From assembly GCA_964016885.1 (NCBI GenBank), contig OZ024740.1:40486001-40550000 (forward strand): a DNA stretch of 64,000 nt, given 5' to 3'. Shown one piece after another: positions 52,408 to 64,000 of the stretch. The stretch's first letter is position 1, and each line of letters begins with the position of its first letter. The notes below the pieces were generated by a model. The model was not told where the DNA came from. It saw only the letters and a list, made by a program, of their open reading frames with translations, and searched no databases. Source of the stretch: Eledone cirrhosa (Eukaryota). The position numbers and the translations under genes were made by a program.

Positions 52408-52552
52408 ATGTATACTTTTGTGTTTTTCTGTGTGTGTTTGCATGTGTAGTTTTATTTTATTTTTCCTTTCCTTCTTCCTTCTCCAGCCTCACTTTCATAT
52501 AGATTGCATTTTTGTTTTTTAAAATCCAATTTCAATAAACAGACCAGGATTT

Positions 52553-52612
52553 TTTCATTCTGAGGATTGAAAGCAAAATCTTTTGCTTTTAAGAAACCAC
52601 TGGTAAATGGAA
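52553..52612 (+). ncRNA. Type I hammerhead ribozyme, best-preserved PLE copy
   Basis: Stem I TTTCATT/AATGGAA; CTGAGGA at 52560-52566; long stem II; GAAA at 52593-52596; stem III ACC-ACT-GGT; GUA triplet at 52603-52605. Confidence 0.8.
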
Positions 52613-52659
52613 TAATTGCCTTATGTTGTTTATTACATAATAATATATATATATATAAA

Positions 52660-52835
52660 AATACCTGTAAACATATGTATGTATTTATCTATGCATGTAT
52701 CATCATCGTATATATAAAATATATATATACCTGTAAACATATGTATGTATTTATCTATGCATGTATCATCATCGTATATATAAAATATATATATACCTGT
52801 AAACATATGTATGTATTTATCTATGCATGCATGCA
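52660..52835. repeat. 66 bp tandem repeat, ~2.6 copies
   Basis: CCTGTAAACATATG at 52664, 52730 and 52796. Confidence 0.85.
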
Positions 52836-53400
52836 TATATAAAATATTGTCATATTTACAAAAATATTTTTCTAATATTGTATTTAATATTTTATATTGT
52901 CGTCTGCTTCTCTTCTCACAACATGTGGTTACTTACTGTCTCACTCTTTCTTTTTGCCAGTCCCTTCTCTCTCCCTCCCTTCCTTTTTTGTCTCTTTCTT
53001 TCTCTCGATGTGTCCCTCCTATAGATATTCTCTTTCTTTCCCCCCCCCCTCACACAGCCTCTTCTTTCTCTCTCTTTTTCATATGCGTACAATCACATAT
53101 ATTTTTACTATACACATACAATTGTATATGTAGATTTATCTATGCATGTATGTATATATAAAATTTACAAAAATATTTTTCTAATATCATGTTTAATATT
53201 TTATATTGTCATCTGCTTCTCTTCTCACATGTGGTTACTTACTGTCTCACTCTCTCTTTCCTTCCCCTCTCACACAGCCTCTTCTTTCTCTCTCTTTTTG
53301 CCAGTCCCTTCTCTCACAAAGCCTTCTCTCTTCCCCTTTTTTCTTTGTCTCTTTCTTTCTGTCGCTGTTTCCCTCCTATAGACATTCTCTCTCTTCTACT
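52800..53400. repeat. Diverged ~300 bp direct duplication, pyrimidine-rich
   Basis: ATTTACAAAAATATTTTTCTAATA...CTGCTTCTCTTCTCAC...TACTGTCTCACTCT occurs at ~52853 and ~53163. Confidence 0.7.
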
Positions 53401-53544
53401 CTGCACTTTCTACTTCTCTTTCTCAACCGCGTTCCTGCTTACAGCAGTTCTAATGGAGATTTTTTAACGCAAAGTCACACAAGGATTATAAAAATGGCGA
53501 TTATCACTTTGAAAGTAACAATTATGCAATAAATAGTTGTTATT

Positions 53545-53657
53545 GGCACGTCTCGCATTCTCCTTTGGCAATGTGTAAAATTTTAGCGAGATCGGGTGAA
53601 CAATACGCAAGTTATAATACTTTACACACACAGACAGAACAGGACTTATATAGTAGA
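53545..53657 (-). mobile_element. Helitron 5' terminus
   Basis: Minus strand A|TCTACTATATAAGTCCTGTTCTGTCTG(TG)n. Homologous to 46340-46440. Confidence 0.7.
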
Positions 53658-54210
53658 TATATATATAAAGAGAGGAGATACATTCACAGATATATACAAA
53701 AATAGAAAATTGAATATTTTTTAACATTTTAAATACAAAATGATAATTACAATAATGGAAAGACTTAAAAATTCTAAGTGAAATAACCCAGATGTTTAAA
53801 GTGCTACTTACATTCCATACAAACAGACAAAAGTATGCTTCTGTAGTTAAAAGTTCACCATTCTATATTGTAGCATCTTGTGTAAGTGACTTCTACTGTA
53901 GCCTTCCAATGCCTTCTGAATGATGTCATAGACTAAACTGTAAGGAAGCGTCGTACAAATTTGTGTGGGTGTGCTTAAGCAGTTGTAGGTGTTTCCATAA
54001 CAACAGGATTTCATTCAGGTGAACCAGAAGAATTATCAATTATTATCTTGTTAAGGTATATATCAAAGAGGTTTATATCAATTTTACTTCAGAGAAAAGA
54101 AGCTTAGTGCTATATTAAATTTTTTTATCATTTTAGCTTATCTTTGTTGGCTTTCATGTATTTTGTGTTATATTGTTGATCACATCTATCAAGAAACACA
54201 CACACACACA

Positions 54211-57200
54211 TAGAAATTAGAATACACTTAGATTAATTTTTCCAACTAGTCCAATACCTTAAATGAATCAGTTGTAGAGACAAAAAAAAATATCCATAAC
54301 CTTTACAGTTATGTATTGACAATATATTCTGCATTTACTAAACGATTACAAAACTATGGTTTAAATATTCCTTAAACTATCAATTTAACATTTCAAAAGA
54401 CCAACAGAAAATAGAAATGAAGATGTCTTATCTGATGGAAATATTCTACTTTGCCCTTTTCATGTCAGCATTATATCTGCCAAGGATAAAAAATTACACA
54501 AACACACACACATATGCAGTCAAAAAAGGCTACATCAATTTTAATGCACAGAAAAGCAATTTCATGTTATATTAAAATTGTTTATCATTTTACATTCCAT
54601 GTTCAAGTTATACTGACATTCACTAAAGTTGGAAAACAGTTTCATACCAGCACAATTTCAATCTTTCTGCCTTGAATTCACATCATTTCTCTAAACACTT
54701 TCCATTTTCAGTACCTAAACCTTTTCTGTGAAACAAATAGAGCATGTTTTCCGAAACACTACAAACTAGTTGAAAGGAAAGAATTCTTTCTTACACTACA
54801 ATATTCAAATATATTATGTCAACAACAAACCTACATGTATAATATAATACATATCAAGAGTCATTCTATACAGATAATATCTATACTACAATGAGACACA
54901 AAATGTTTATGTTATAATTACAGAAGCATGTTATTTTAAGATGAAAATGTTTAATCTGAAATTAATTTACATCAATGAAAAATAGAAATTCACAATCACA
55001 GAATCAAAATTTATCATACATATTAATCATGCAAGAAATGTGAAGTAAAAAAAAAATTAATTCACAAAAACAAATATTTAGCTTATCTTTGTTGGCTTTC
55101 ATGTATTTTGTGTTATATTGTTGATCACATCCGTCAAGAAACAAAATAGAGAGAAACACACACACACACACACACACATACATATATATATTTTAAACAT
55201 TCTTATAATGAATGTGAATTATATCTAAAATGTTAAGAATTATAACTTTCAAGTAGAAAACTGAAAAACACTTACAGGAAACTTTCAAACTACTCCAATT
55301 CCTTAAATGAGAATAATTTAGGAGAAAAACAATCTTATAACCTACATACGTAGAAAAGAATTAGGAAATTTGTTTTTTTCACATATCTATCAAGGACATT
55401 ATATAAAATATTTACTTTAACACACCAAAAGACCAATAGTTAATAGAGAGGAAGGAAAAACATCTTAGCTTAGTGAACGGTTCTATCTGATCTCCTGTAT
55501 GTCATCTTTACATCTGCTAATGATAGAAACTTACATACATAGCCAGAAAATAATAATATACTTAGAAGTCAATAATTTCACTGTTATATTGATATTATAT
55601 ATTATTTGGCATTCACACATACTAATAGAAAAGAATTGATCATACCGCACAATTTCAATGCTTCTATCTTCAATCCATTGGATCTTGAAAAACTGCCATT
55701 ATTATTGCCTAAATATTTTGGGTAAAACAAAGCATGTTTTCCTAAGCACTGCATCTTATATATCAACTGATAAGTAAAACTTGCTACTTACAGAGTAATA
55801 TTCACCTTAGTTTTGTATGCTGGAATTAAAGTGTTTACAAAACAAGCCAAAATTGATGATGTGCAACACATGACAACTACTAATTTGTCTTGTTAATTAT
55901 ATATATTACCATACCAACATTCTCATTACAGTGATATTATCAAAATCTTGAAACATAAGAAAATGCTATATACTAAATTGAAATTTCATTTCATTGTCTG
56001 AGTAAAATATTCAATTTACAGAAAATTAACCTCAGAAGTTAAGAATAAAAAATTAAAAGATTTTATTATCTTACTGATAGTTGTATTTTCCTTTAATGTC
56101 GATCACATCTGCCAATAAATGAAACACAGAAACACACACACAAACTCATTTTTAACACAAAGTTAAGCTAGGAAACACTTGTGAGAAATATATTCAAATC
56201 TAAAGAATTATGGTTTTTATGTAGAAATTAGAATACACTTACATTAATTTTTCCAACTAGTCCAATACCTTAAATGAATCAGTTGTAGAGACAAAAAAAA
56301 ATATCCATAACCTTTACAGTTATGTATTGACAATATATTCTGTATTTACTAAACGATTACAAAACTATGGTTTAAATATTCCTTAAACTATCAATTTAAC
56401 ATTTCAAAAGACCAACAGAAAATAGAAATGAAGATGTCTTATCTGATGGAAATATTCTACTTTGCCCTTTTCATGTCAGCATTATATCTGCCAAGGATAA
56501 AAAATTACACAAACACACACACATATGCAGTCAAAAAGGCTACATCAATTTTAATGCACAGAAAAGCAATTTCATGTTATATCAAAATTGTTTATCATTT
56601 TACATTCCATGTTCAAGTTATACTGACATTCACTAAAGTTGGAAAACAGTTTCATACCAGCACAATTTCAATCTTTCTGCCTTGAATTCACATCATTTCT
56701 CTAAACACTTTCCATTTTCAGTACCTAAACCTTTTCTGTGAAACAAATAGAGCAGGTTTTCCGAAACACTACAAACTAGTTGAAAGGAAAGAATTCTTTC
56801 TTACACTACAATATTAAAATATATTATTTCAACAACAAACCTACATGTATAATATAATACATATCAAGAGTCATTCTATACAGATAATATCTATACTACA
56901 ATGAGACACAAAATGTTTATGTTATAATTACAGAAGCATGTTATTTTAAGAAGAAAATGTTTAATCTGAAATTAATTTACATCAATGAAAAATAGAAATT
57001 CACAATCACAGAATCAAAATTTATCATACATATTAATCATGCAAGAAATGTGAAGTAAAAAAAAAATTAATTCACAAAAACAAATATTTAGCTTATCTTT
57101 GTTGGCTTTCATGTATTTTGTGTTATATTGTTGATCACATCTGTCAAGAAACAAAATAGAGAGAAACACACACACACACATACATATATATATTTTAAAC

Positions 57201-60200
57201 ATTCTTATAATGAATGTGAATTATATCTAAAATGTTAAGAATTATAACTTTCAAGTAGAAAACTGAAAAACACTTACAGGAAACTTTCAAACTACTCCAA
57301 TTCCTTAAATGAGAATAATTTAGGAGAAAAACAATCTTATAACCTACATACGTAGAAAAGAATTAGGAAATTTGTTTTTTTCACATATCTATCAAGGACA
57401 TTATATAAAATATTTACTTTAACACACCAAAAGACCAATAGTTAATAGAGAGGAAGGAAAAACATCTTAGCTTAGTGAACGGTTCTATCTGATCTCCTGT
57501 ATGTCATCTTTACATCTGCTAATGATAGAAACTTACATACATAGCCAGAAAATAATAATATACTTAGAAGTCAATAATTTCACTGTTATATTGATATTAT
57601 ATATTATTTGGCATTCACACATACTAATAGAAAAGAATTGATCATACCGCACAATTTCAATGCTTCTATCTTCAATCCATTGGATCTTGAAAAACTGCCA
57701 TTATTATTGCCTAAATATTTTGGGTAAAACAAAGCATGTTTTCCTAAGCACTGCATCTTATATATCAACTGATAAGTAAAACTTGCTACTTACAGAGTAA
57801 TATTCACCTTAGTTTTGTATGCTGGAATTAAAGTGTTTACAAAACAAGCCAAAATTGATGATGTGCAACACATGACAACTACTAATTTGTCTTGTTAATT
57901 ATATATATTACCATACCAACATTCTCATTACAGTGATATTATCAAAATCTTGAAACATAAGAAAATGCTATATACTAAATTGAAATTTCATTTCATTGTC
58001 TGAGTAAAATATTCAATTTACAGAAAATTAACCTCAGAAGTTAAGAATAAAAAATTAAAAGATTTTATTATCTTACTGATAGTTGTATTTTCCTTTAATG
58101 TCGATCACATCTGCCAATAAATGAAACACAGAAACACACACACAAACTCATTTTTAACACAAAGTTAAGCTAGGAAACACTTGTGAGAAATATATTCAAA
58201 TCTAAAGAATTATGGTTTTTATGTAGAAATTAGAATACACTTACATTAATTTTTCCAACTAGTCCAATACCTTAAATGAATCAGTTGTAGAGACAAAAAA
58301 AAATATCCATAACCTTTACAGTTATGTATTGACAATATATTCTGTATTTACTAAACGATTACAAAACTATGGTTTAAATATTCCTTAAACTATCAATTTA
58401 ACATTTCAAAAGACCAACAGAAAATAGAAATGAAGATGTCTTATCTGATGGAAATATTCTACTTTGCCCTTTTCATGTCAGCATTATATCTGCCAAGGAT
58501 AAAAAATTACACAAACACACACACATATGCAGTCAAAAAGGCTACATCAATTTTAATGCACAGAAAAGCAATTTCATGTTATATCAAAATTGTTTATCAT
58601 TTTACATTCCATGTTCAAGTTATACTGACATTCACTAAAGTTGGAAAACAGTTTCATACCAGCACAATTTCAATCTTTCTGCCTTGAATTCACATCATTT
58701 CTCTAAACACTTTCCATTTTCAGTACCTAAACCTTTTCTGTGAAACAAATAGAGCAGGTTTTCCGAAACACTACAAACTAGTTGAAAGGAAGGAATTCTT
58801 TCTTACACTACAATATTAAAATATATTATTTCAACAACAAACCTACATGTATAATATAATACATATCAAGAGTCATTCTATACAGATAATATCTATACTA
58901 CAATGAGACACAAAATGTTTATGTTATAATTACAGAAGCATGTTATTTTAAGAAGAAACTGTTTAATCTGAAATTAATTTACATCAATGAAAAATAGAAA
59001 TTCACAATCACAGAATCAAAATTTATCATACATATTAATCATGCAAGAAATGTGAAGTAAAAAAAAAATTAATTCACAACATCTTTGTTGGCTTTCATGT
59101 ATTTTGTGTTATATTGTTGATCACATCTGTCAAGAAACAAAATAGAGAGAAACACACACACACACACACACATACATATATATATTTTAAACATTCTTAT
59201 AATGAATGTGAATTATATCTAAAATGTTAAGAATTATAACTTTCAAGTAGAAAACTGAAAAACACTTACAGGAAACTTTCAAACTACTCCAATTCCTTAA
59301 ATGAGAATAATTTAGGAGAAAAACAATCTTATAACCTACATACGTAGAAAAGAATTAGGAAATTTGTTTTTTTCACATATCTATCAAGGACATTATATAA
59401 AATATTTACTTTAACACACCAAAAGACCAATAGTTAATAGAGAGGAAGGAAAAACATCTTAGCTTAGTGAACGGTTCTATCTGATCTCCTGTATGTCATC
59501 TTTACATCTGCTAATGATAGAAACTTACATACATAGCCAGAAAATAATAATATACTTAGAAGTCAATAATTTCACTGTTATATTGATATTATATATTATT
59601 TGGCATTCACACATACTAATAGAAAAGAATTGATCATACCGCACAATTTCAATGCTTCTATCTTCAATCCATTGGATCTTGAAAAACTGCCATTATTATT
59701 GCCTAAATATTTTGGGTAAAACAAAGCATGTTTTCCTAAGCACTGCATCTTATATATCAACTGATAAGTAAAACTTGCTACTTACAGAGTAATATTCACC
59801 TTAGTTTTGTATGCTGGAATTAAAGTGTTTACAAAACAAGCCAAAATTGATGATGTGCAACACATGACAACTACTAATTTGTCTTGTTAATTATATATAT
59901 TACCATACCAACATTCTCATTACAGTGATATTATCAAAATCTTGAAACATAAGAAAATGCTATATACTAAATTGAAATTTCATTTCATTGTCTGAGTAAA
60001 ATATTCAATTTACAGAAAATTAACCTCAGAAGTTAAGAATAAAAAATTAAAAGATTTTATTATCTTACTGATAGTTGTATTTTCCTTTAATGTCGATCAC
60101 ATCTGCCAATAAATGAAACACAGAAACACACACACAAACTCATTTTTAACACAAAGTTAAGCTAGGAAACACTTGTGAGAAATATATTCAAATCTAAAGA

Positions 60201-63200
60201 ATTATGGTTTTTATGTAGAAATTAGAATACACTTACATTAATTTTTCCAACTAGTCCAATACCTTAAATGAATCAGTTGTAGAGACAAAAAAAAATATCC
60301 ATAACCTTTACAGTTATGTATTGACAATATATTCTGTATTTACTAAACGATTACAAAACTATGGTTTAAATATTCCTTAAACTATCAATTTAACATTTCA
60401 AAAGACCAACAGAAAATAGAAATGAAGATGTCTTATCTGATGGAAATATTCTACTTTGCCCTTTTCATGTCAGCATTATATCTGCCAAGGATAAAAAATT
60501 ACACAAACACACACACATATGCAGTCAAAAAGGCTACATCAATTTTAATGCACAGAAAAGCAATTTCATGTTATATCAAAATTGTTTATCATTTTACATT
60601 CCATGTTCAAGTTATACTGACATTCACTAAAGTTGGAAAACAGTTTCATACCAGCACAATTTCAATCTTTCTGCCTTGAATTCACATCATTTCTCTAAAC
60701 ACTTTCCATTTTCAGTACCTAAACCTTTTCTGTGAAACAAATAGAGCAGGTTTTCCGAAACACTACAAACTAGTTGAAAGGAAAGAATTCTTTCTTACAC
60801 TACAATATTAAAATATATTATTTCAACAACAAACCTACATGTATAATATAATACATATCAAGAGTCATTCTATACAGATAATATCTATACTACAATGAGA
60901 CACAAAATGTTTATGTTATAATTACAGAAGCATGTTATTTTAAGAAGAAAATGTTTAATCTGAAATTAATTTACATCAATGAAAAATAGAAATTCACAAT
61001 CACAGAATCAAAATTTATCATACATATTAATCATGCAAGAAATGTGAAGTAAAAAAAAAATTAATTCACAAAAACAAATATTTAGCTTATCTTTGTTGGC
61101 TTTCATGTATTTTGTGTTATATTGTTGATCACATCTGTCAAGAAACAAAATAGAGAGAAACAGACACACACACACACACACACATACATATATATATTTT
61201 AAACATTCTTATAATGAATGTGAATTATATCTAAAATGTTAAGAATTATAACTTTCAAGTAGAAAACTGAAAAACACTTACAGTAAACTTTCAAACTACT
61301 CCAATTCCTTAAATGAGAATAATTTAGGAGAAAAACAATCTTATAACCTACATACGTAGAAAAGAATTAGGAAATTTGTTTTTTTCACATATCGATCAAG
61401 GACATTATATAAAATATGTACTTTAACACACCAAAAGACCAATAGTTAATAGAGAGGAAGGAAAAACATCTTAGCTTAGTGAACGGTTCTATCTGATCTC
61501 CTGTATGTCATCTTTACATCTGCTAATGATAGAAACTTACATACATAGCCAGAAAATAATAATATACTTAGAAGTCAATAATTTCACTGTTATATTGATA
61601 TTATATATTATTTGGCATTCACACATACTAATAGAAAAGAATTGATCATACCGGACAATTTCAATGCTTCTATCTTCAATCCATTGGATCTTGAAAAACT
61701 GCCATTATTATTGCCTAAATATTTTGGGTAAAACAAAGCATGTTTTCCTAAGCACTGCATCTTATATATCAACTGATAAGTAAAACTTGCTACTTACAGA
61801 GTAATATTCACCTTAGTTTTGTATGCTGGAATTAAAGTGTTTACAAAACAAGCCAAAATTGATGATGTGCAACACATGACAACTACTAATTTGTCTTGTT
61901 AATTATATATATTACCATACCAACATTCTCATTACAGTGATATTATCAAAATCTTGAAACATAAGAAAATGCTATATACTAAATTGAAATTTCATTTCAT
62001 TGTCTGAGTAAAATATTCAATTTACAGAAAATTAACCTCAGAAGTTAAGAATAAAAAATTAAAAGATTTTATTATCTTACTGATAGTTGTATTTTCCTTT
62101 AATGTCGATCACATCTGCCAATAAATGAAACACAGAAACACACACACAAACTCATTTTTAACACAAAGTTAAGCTAGGAAACACTTGTGAGAAATATATT
62201 CAAATCTAAAGAATTATGGTTTTTATGTAGAAATTAGAATACACTTACATTAATTTTTCCAACTAGTCCAATACCTTAAATGAATCAGTTGTAGAGACAA
62301 AAAAAAATATCCATAACCTTTACAGTTATGTATTGACAATATATTCTGTATTTACTAAACGATTACAAAACTATGGTTTAAATATTCCTTAAACTATCAA
62401 TTTAACATTACAAAAGACCAACAGAAAATAGAAATGAAGATGTCTTATCTGATGGAAATATTCTACTTTGCCCTTTTCATGTCAGCATTATATCTGCCAA
62501 GGATAAAAAATTACACAAACACACACACATATGCAGTCAAAAAGGCTACATCAATTTTAATGCACAGAAAAGCAATTTCATGTTATATTAAAATTGTTTA
62601 TCATTTTACATTCCATGTTCAAGTTATACTGACATTCACTAAAGTTGGAAAACAGTTTCATACCAGCACAATTTCAATCTTTCTGCCTTGAATCCACATC
62701 ATTTCTCTAAACACTTTCCATTTTCAGTACCTAAACCTTTTCTGTGAAACAAATAGAGCATGTTTTCCGAAACACTACAAACTAGTTGAAAGGAAAGAAA
62801 TCTTTCTTACACTACAATATTCAAATATATTATTTCAACAACAAACCTACATGTATAATATAATACATATCAAGAGTCATTCTATACAGATAATATCTAT
62901 ACTACAATGAGACACAAAATGTTTATGTTATAATTACAGAAGCATGTTATTTTAAGATGAAAATGTTTAATCTGAAATTAATTTACATCAATGAAAAATA
63001 GAAATTCACAATCACAGAATCAAAATTTATCATACATATTAATCATGCAAGAAATGTGAAGTAAAAAAAAAATTAATTCACAAAAACAAATATTTAGCTT
63101 ATCTTTGTTGGCTTTCATGTATTTTGTGTTATATTGTTGATCACATCTGTCAAGAAACAAAATAGAGAGAAACAGACACACACACACACACACACACATA

Positions 63201-64000
63201 CATATATATATATATTTTAAACATTCTTATAATGAATGTGAATTATATCTAAAATGTTAAGAATTATAACTTTCAAGTAGAAAACTGAAAAACACTTACA
63301 GTAAACTTTCAAACTACTCCAATTCCTTAAATGAGAATAATTTAGGAGGAAAACAATCTTATAACCTACATACGTAGAAAAGAATTAGGAAATTTGTTTT
63401 TTTCACATATCGATCAAGGACATTATATAAAATATTTACTTTAACACACCAAAAGACCAATAGTTAATAGAGAGGAAGGAAAAACATCTTAGCTTAGTGA
63501 ACGGTTCTATCTGATCTCCTGTATGTCATCTTTACATCTGCTAATGATAGAAACTTACATACATAGCCAGAAAATAATAATATACTTAGAAGTCAATAAT
63601 TTCACTGTTATATTGATATTATATATTATTTGGCATTCACACATACTAATAGAAAAGAATTGATCATACCGCACAATTTCAATGCTTCTATCTTCAATCC
63701 ATTGGATCTTGAAAAACTGCCATTATTATTGCCTAAATATTTTGGGTAAAACAAAGCATGTTTTCCTAAGCACTGCATCTTATATATCAACTGATAAGTA
63801 AAACTTGCTACTTACAGAGTAATATTCACCTTAGTTTTGTATGCTGGAATTAAAGTGTTTACAAAACAAGCCAAAATTGATGATGTGCAACACATGACAA
63901 CTACTAATTTGTCTTGTTAATTATATATATTACCATACCAACATTCTCATTACAGTGATATTATCAAAATCTTGAAACATAAGAAAATGCTATATACTAA
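54211..64000. repeat. ~2.0 kb tandem array (~4.9 near-identical units, continues past the window); each unit is a dimer of diverged ~1 kb monomers
   Basis: ATGAAGATGTCTTATCTG recurs at 54417, 56428, 58430, 60422 and 62434. Internal A/B homology, e.g. AAAGACCAA, GCACAATTTCAAT, AGCATGTTTTCC, GATCACATCTG. Confidence 0.95.

Larger units (their letters stand above)
46650..52640 (-). mobile_element. Penelope-like element with tandem 3' pseudo-LTRs and an inverted 5' pseudo-LTR
   Basis: RT-GIY-YIG ORF at 48074-50320. ~46650-47560 is mirrored by ~50810-52640, whose arm is interrupted by an RTE fragment. Hammerhead motifs occur in each repeat. Confidence 0.8.

Noticed and set aside
55853-56001. C/D box snoRNA (TGATGA...CTGA) in the array
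   Set aside because: Boxes are ~145 nt apart in very AT-rich sequence with no convincing terminal stem or recognisable guide; likely chance.
56428-56685. 85 aa ORF repeated in four array units
   Set aside because: Identity only reflects the tandem duplication. It is frameshifted in the first unit (54417), includes a CA-repeat and has no recognisable motif.

Overview
Eukaryotic, AT-rich, microsatellite-rich genomic DNA made almost entirely of nested and decayed transposable elements. The style suggests an invertebrate, possibly a cephalopod/mollusc, but this is inference only. No intact host gene was recognised. In order: a near full-length frameshifted RTE LINE with three C-terminal C2H2 fingers (-); an R4/Dong-type RLE non-LTR element in a (TACA)n tract (+); a decayed Penelope-like element (PLE) and hammerhead ribozyme motifs; a Merlin-like foldback MITE; a Helitron split by three TSD-bounded insertions (Buster hAT, non-autonomous LTR element, rearranged Gypsy); two short non-autonomous RTE derivatives; a compact full-length Gypsy; RTE copies with a PHD finger inside the RT; a second Helitron; a PLE with tandem and inverted hammerhead-bearing pseudo-LTRs; tRNA SINEs with RTE tails; and a ~2 kb tandem array from ~54.2 kb to the window end. 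The main leads are (i) a covarying long-range 5'UTR-3'end RNA helix plus a nested pseudoknot shared by the RTE and its short derivatives, (ii) several PLE hammerheads, (iii) the PHD finger within RTE RT, and (iv) a dimeric 2 kb array with conserved micro-exon-like splice signals. All alignments and pairings were done by eye.
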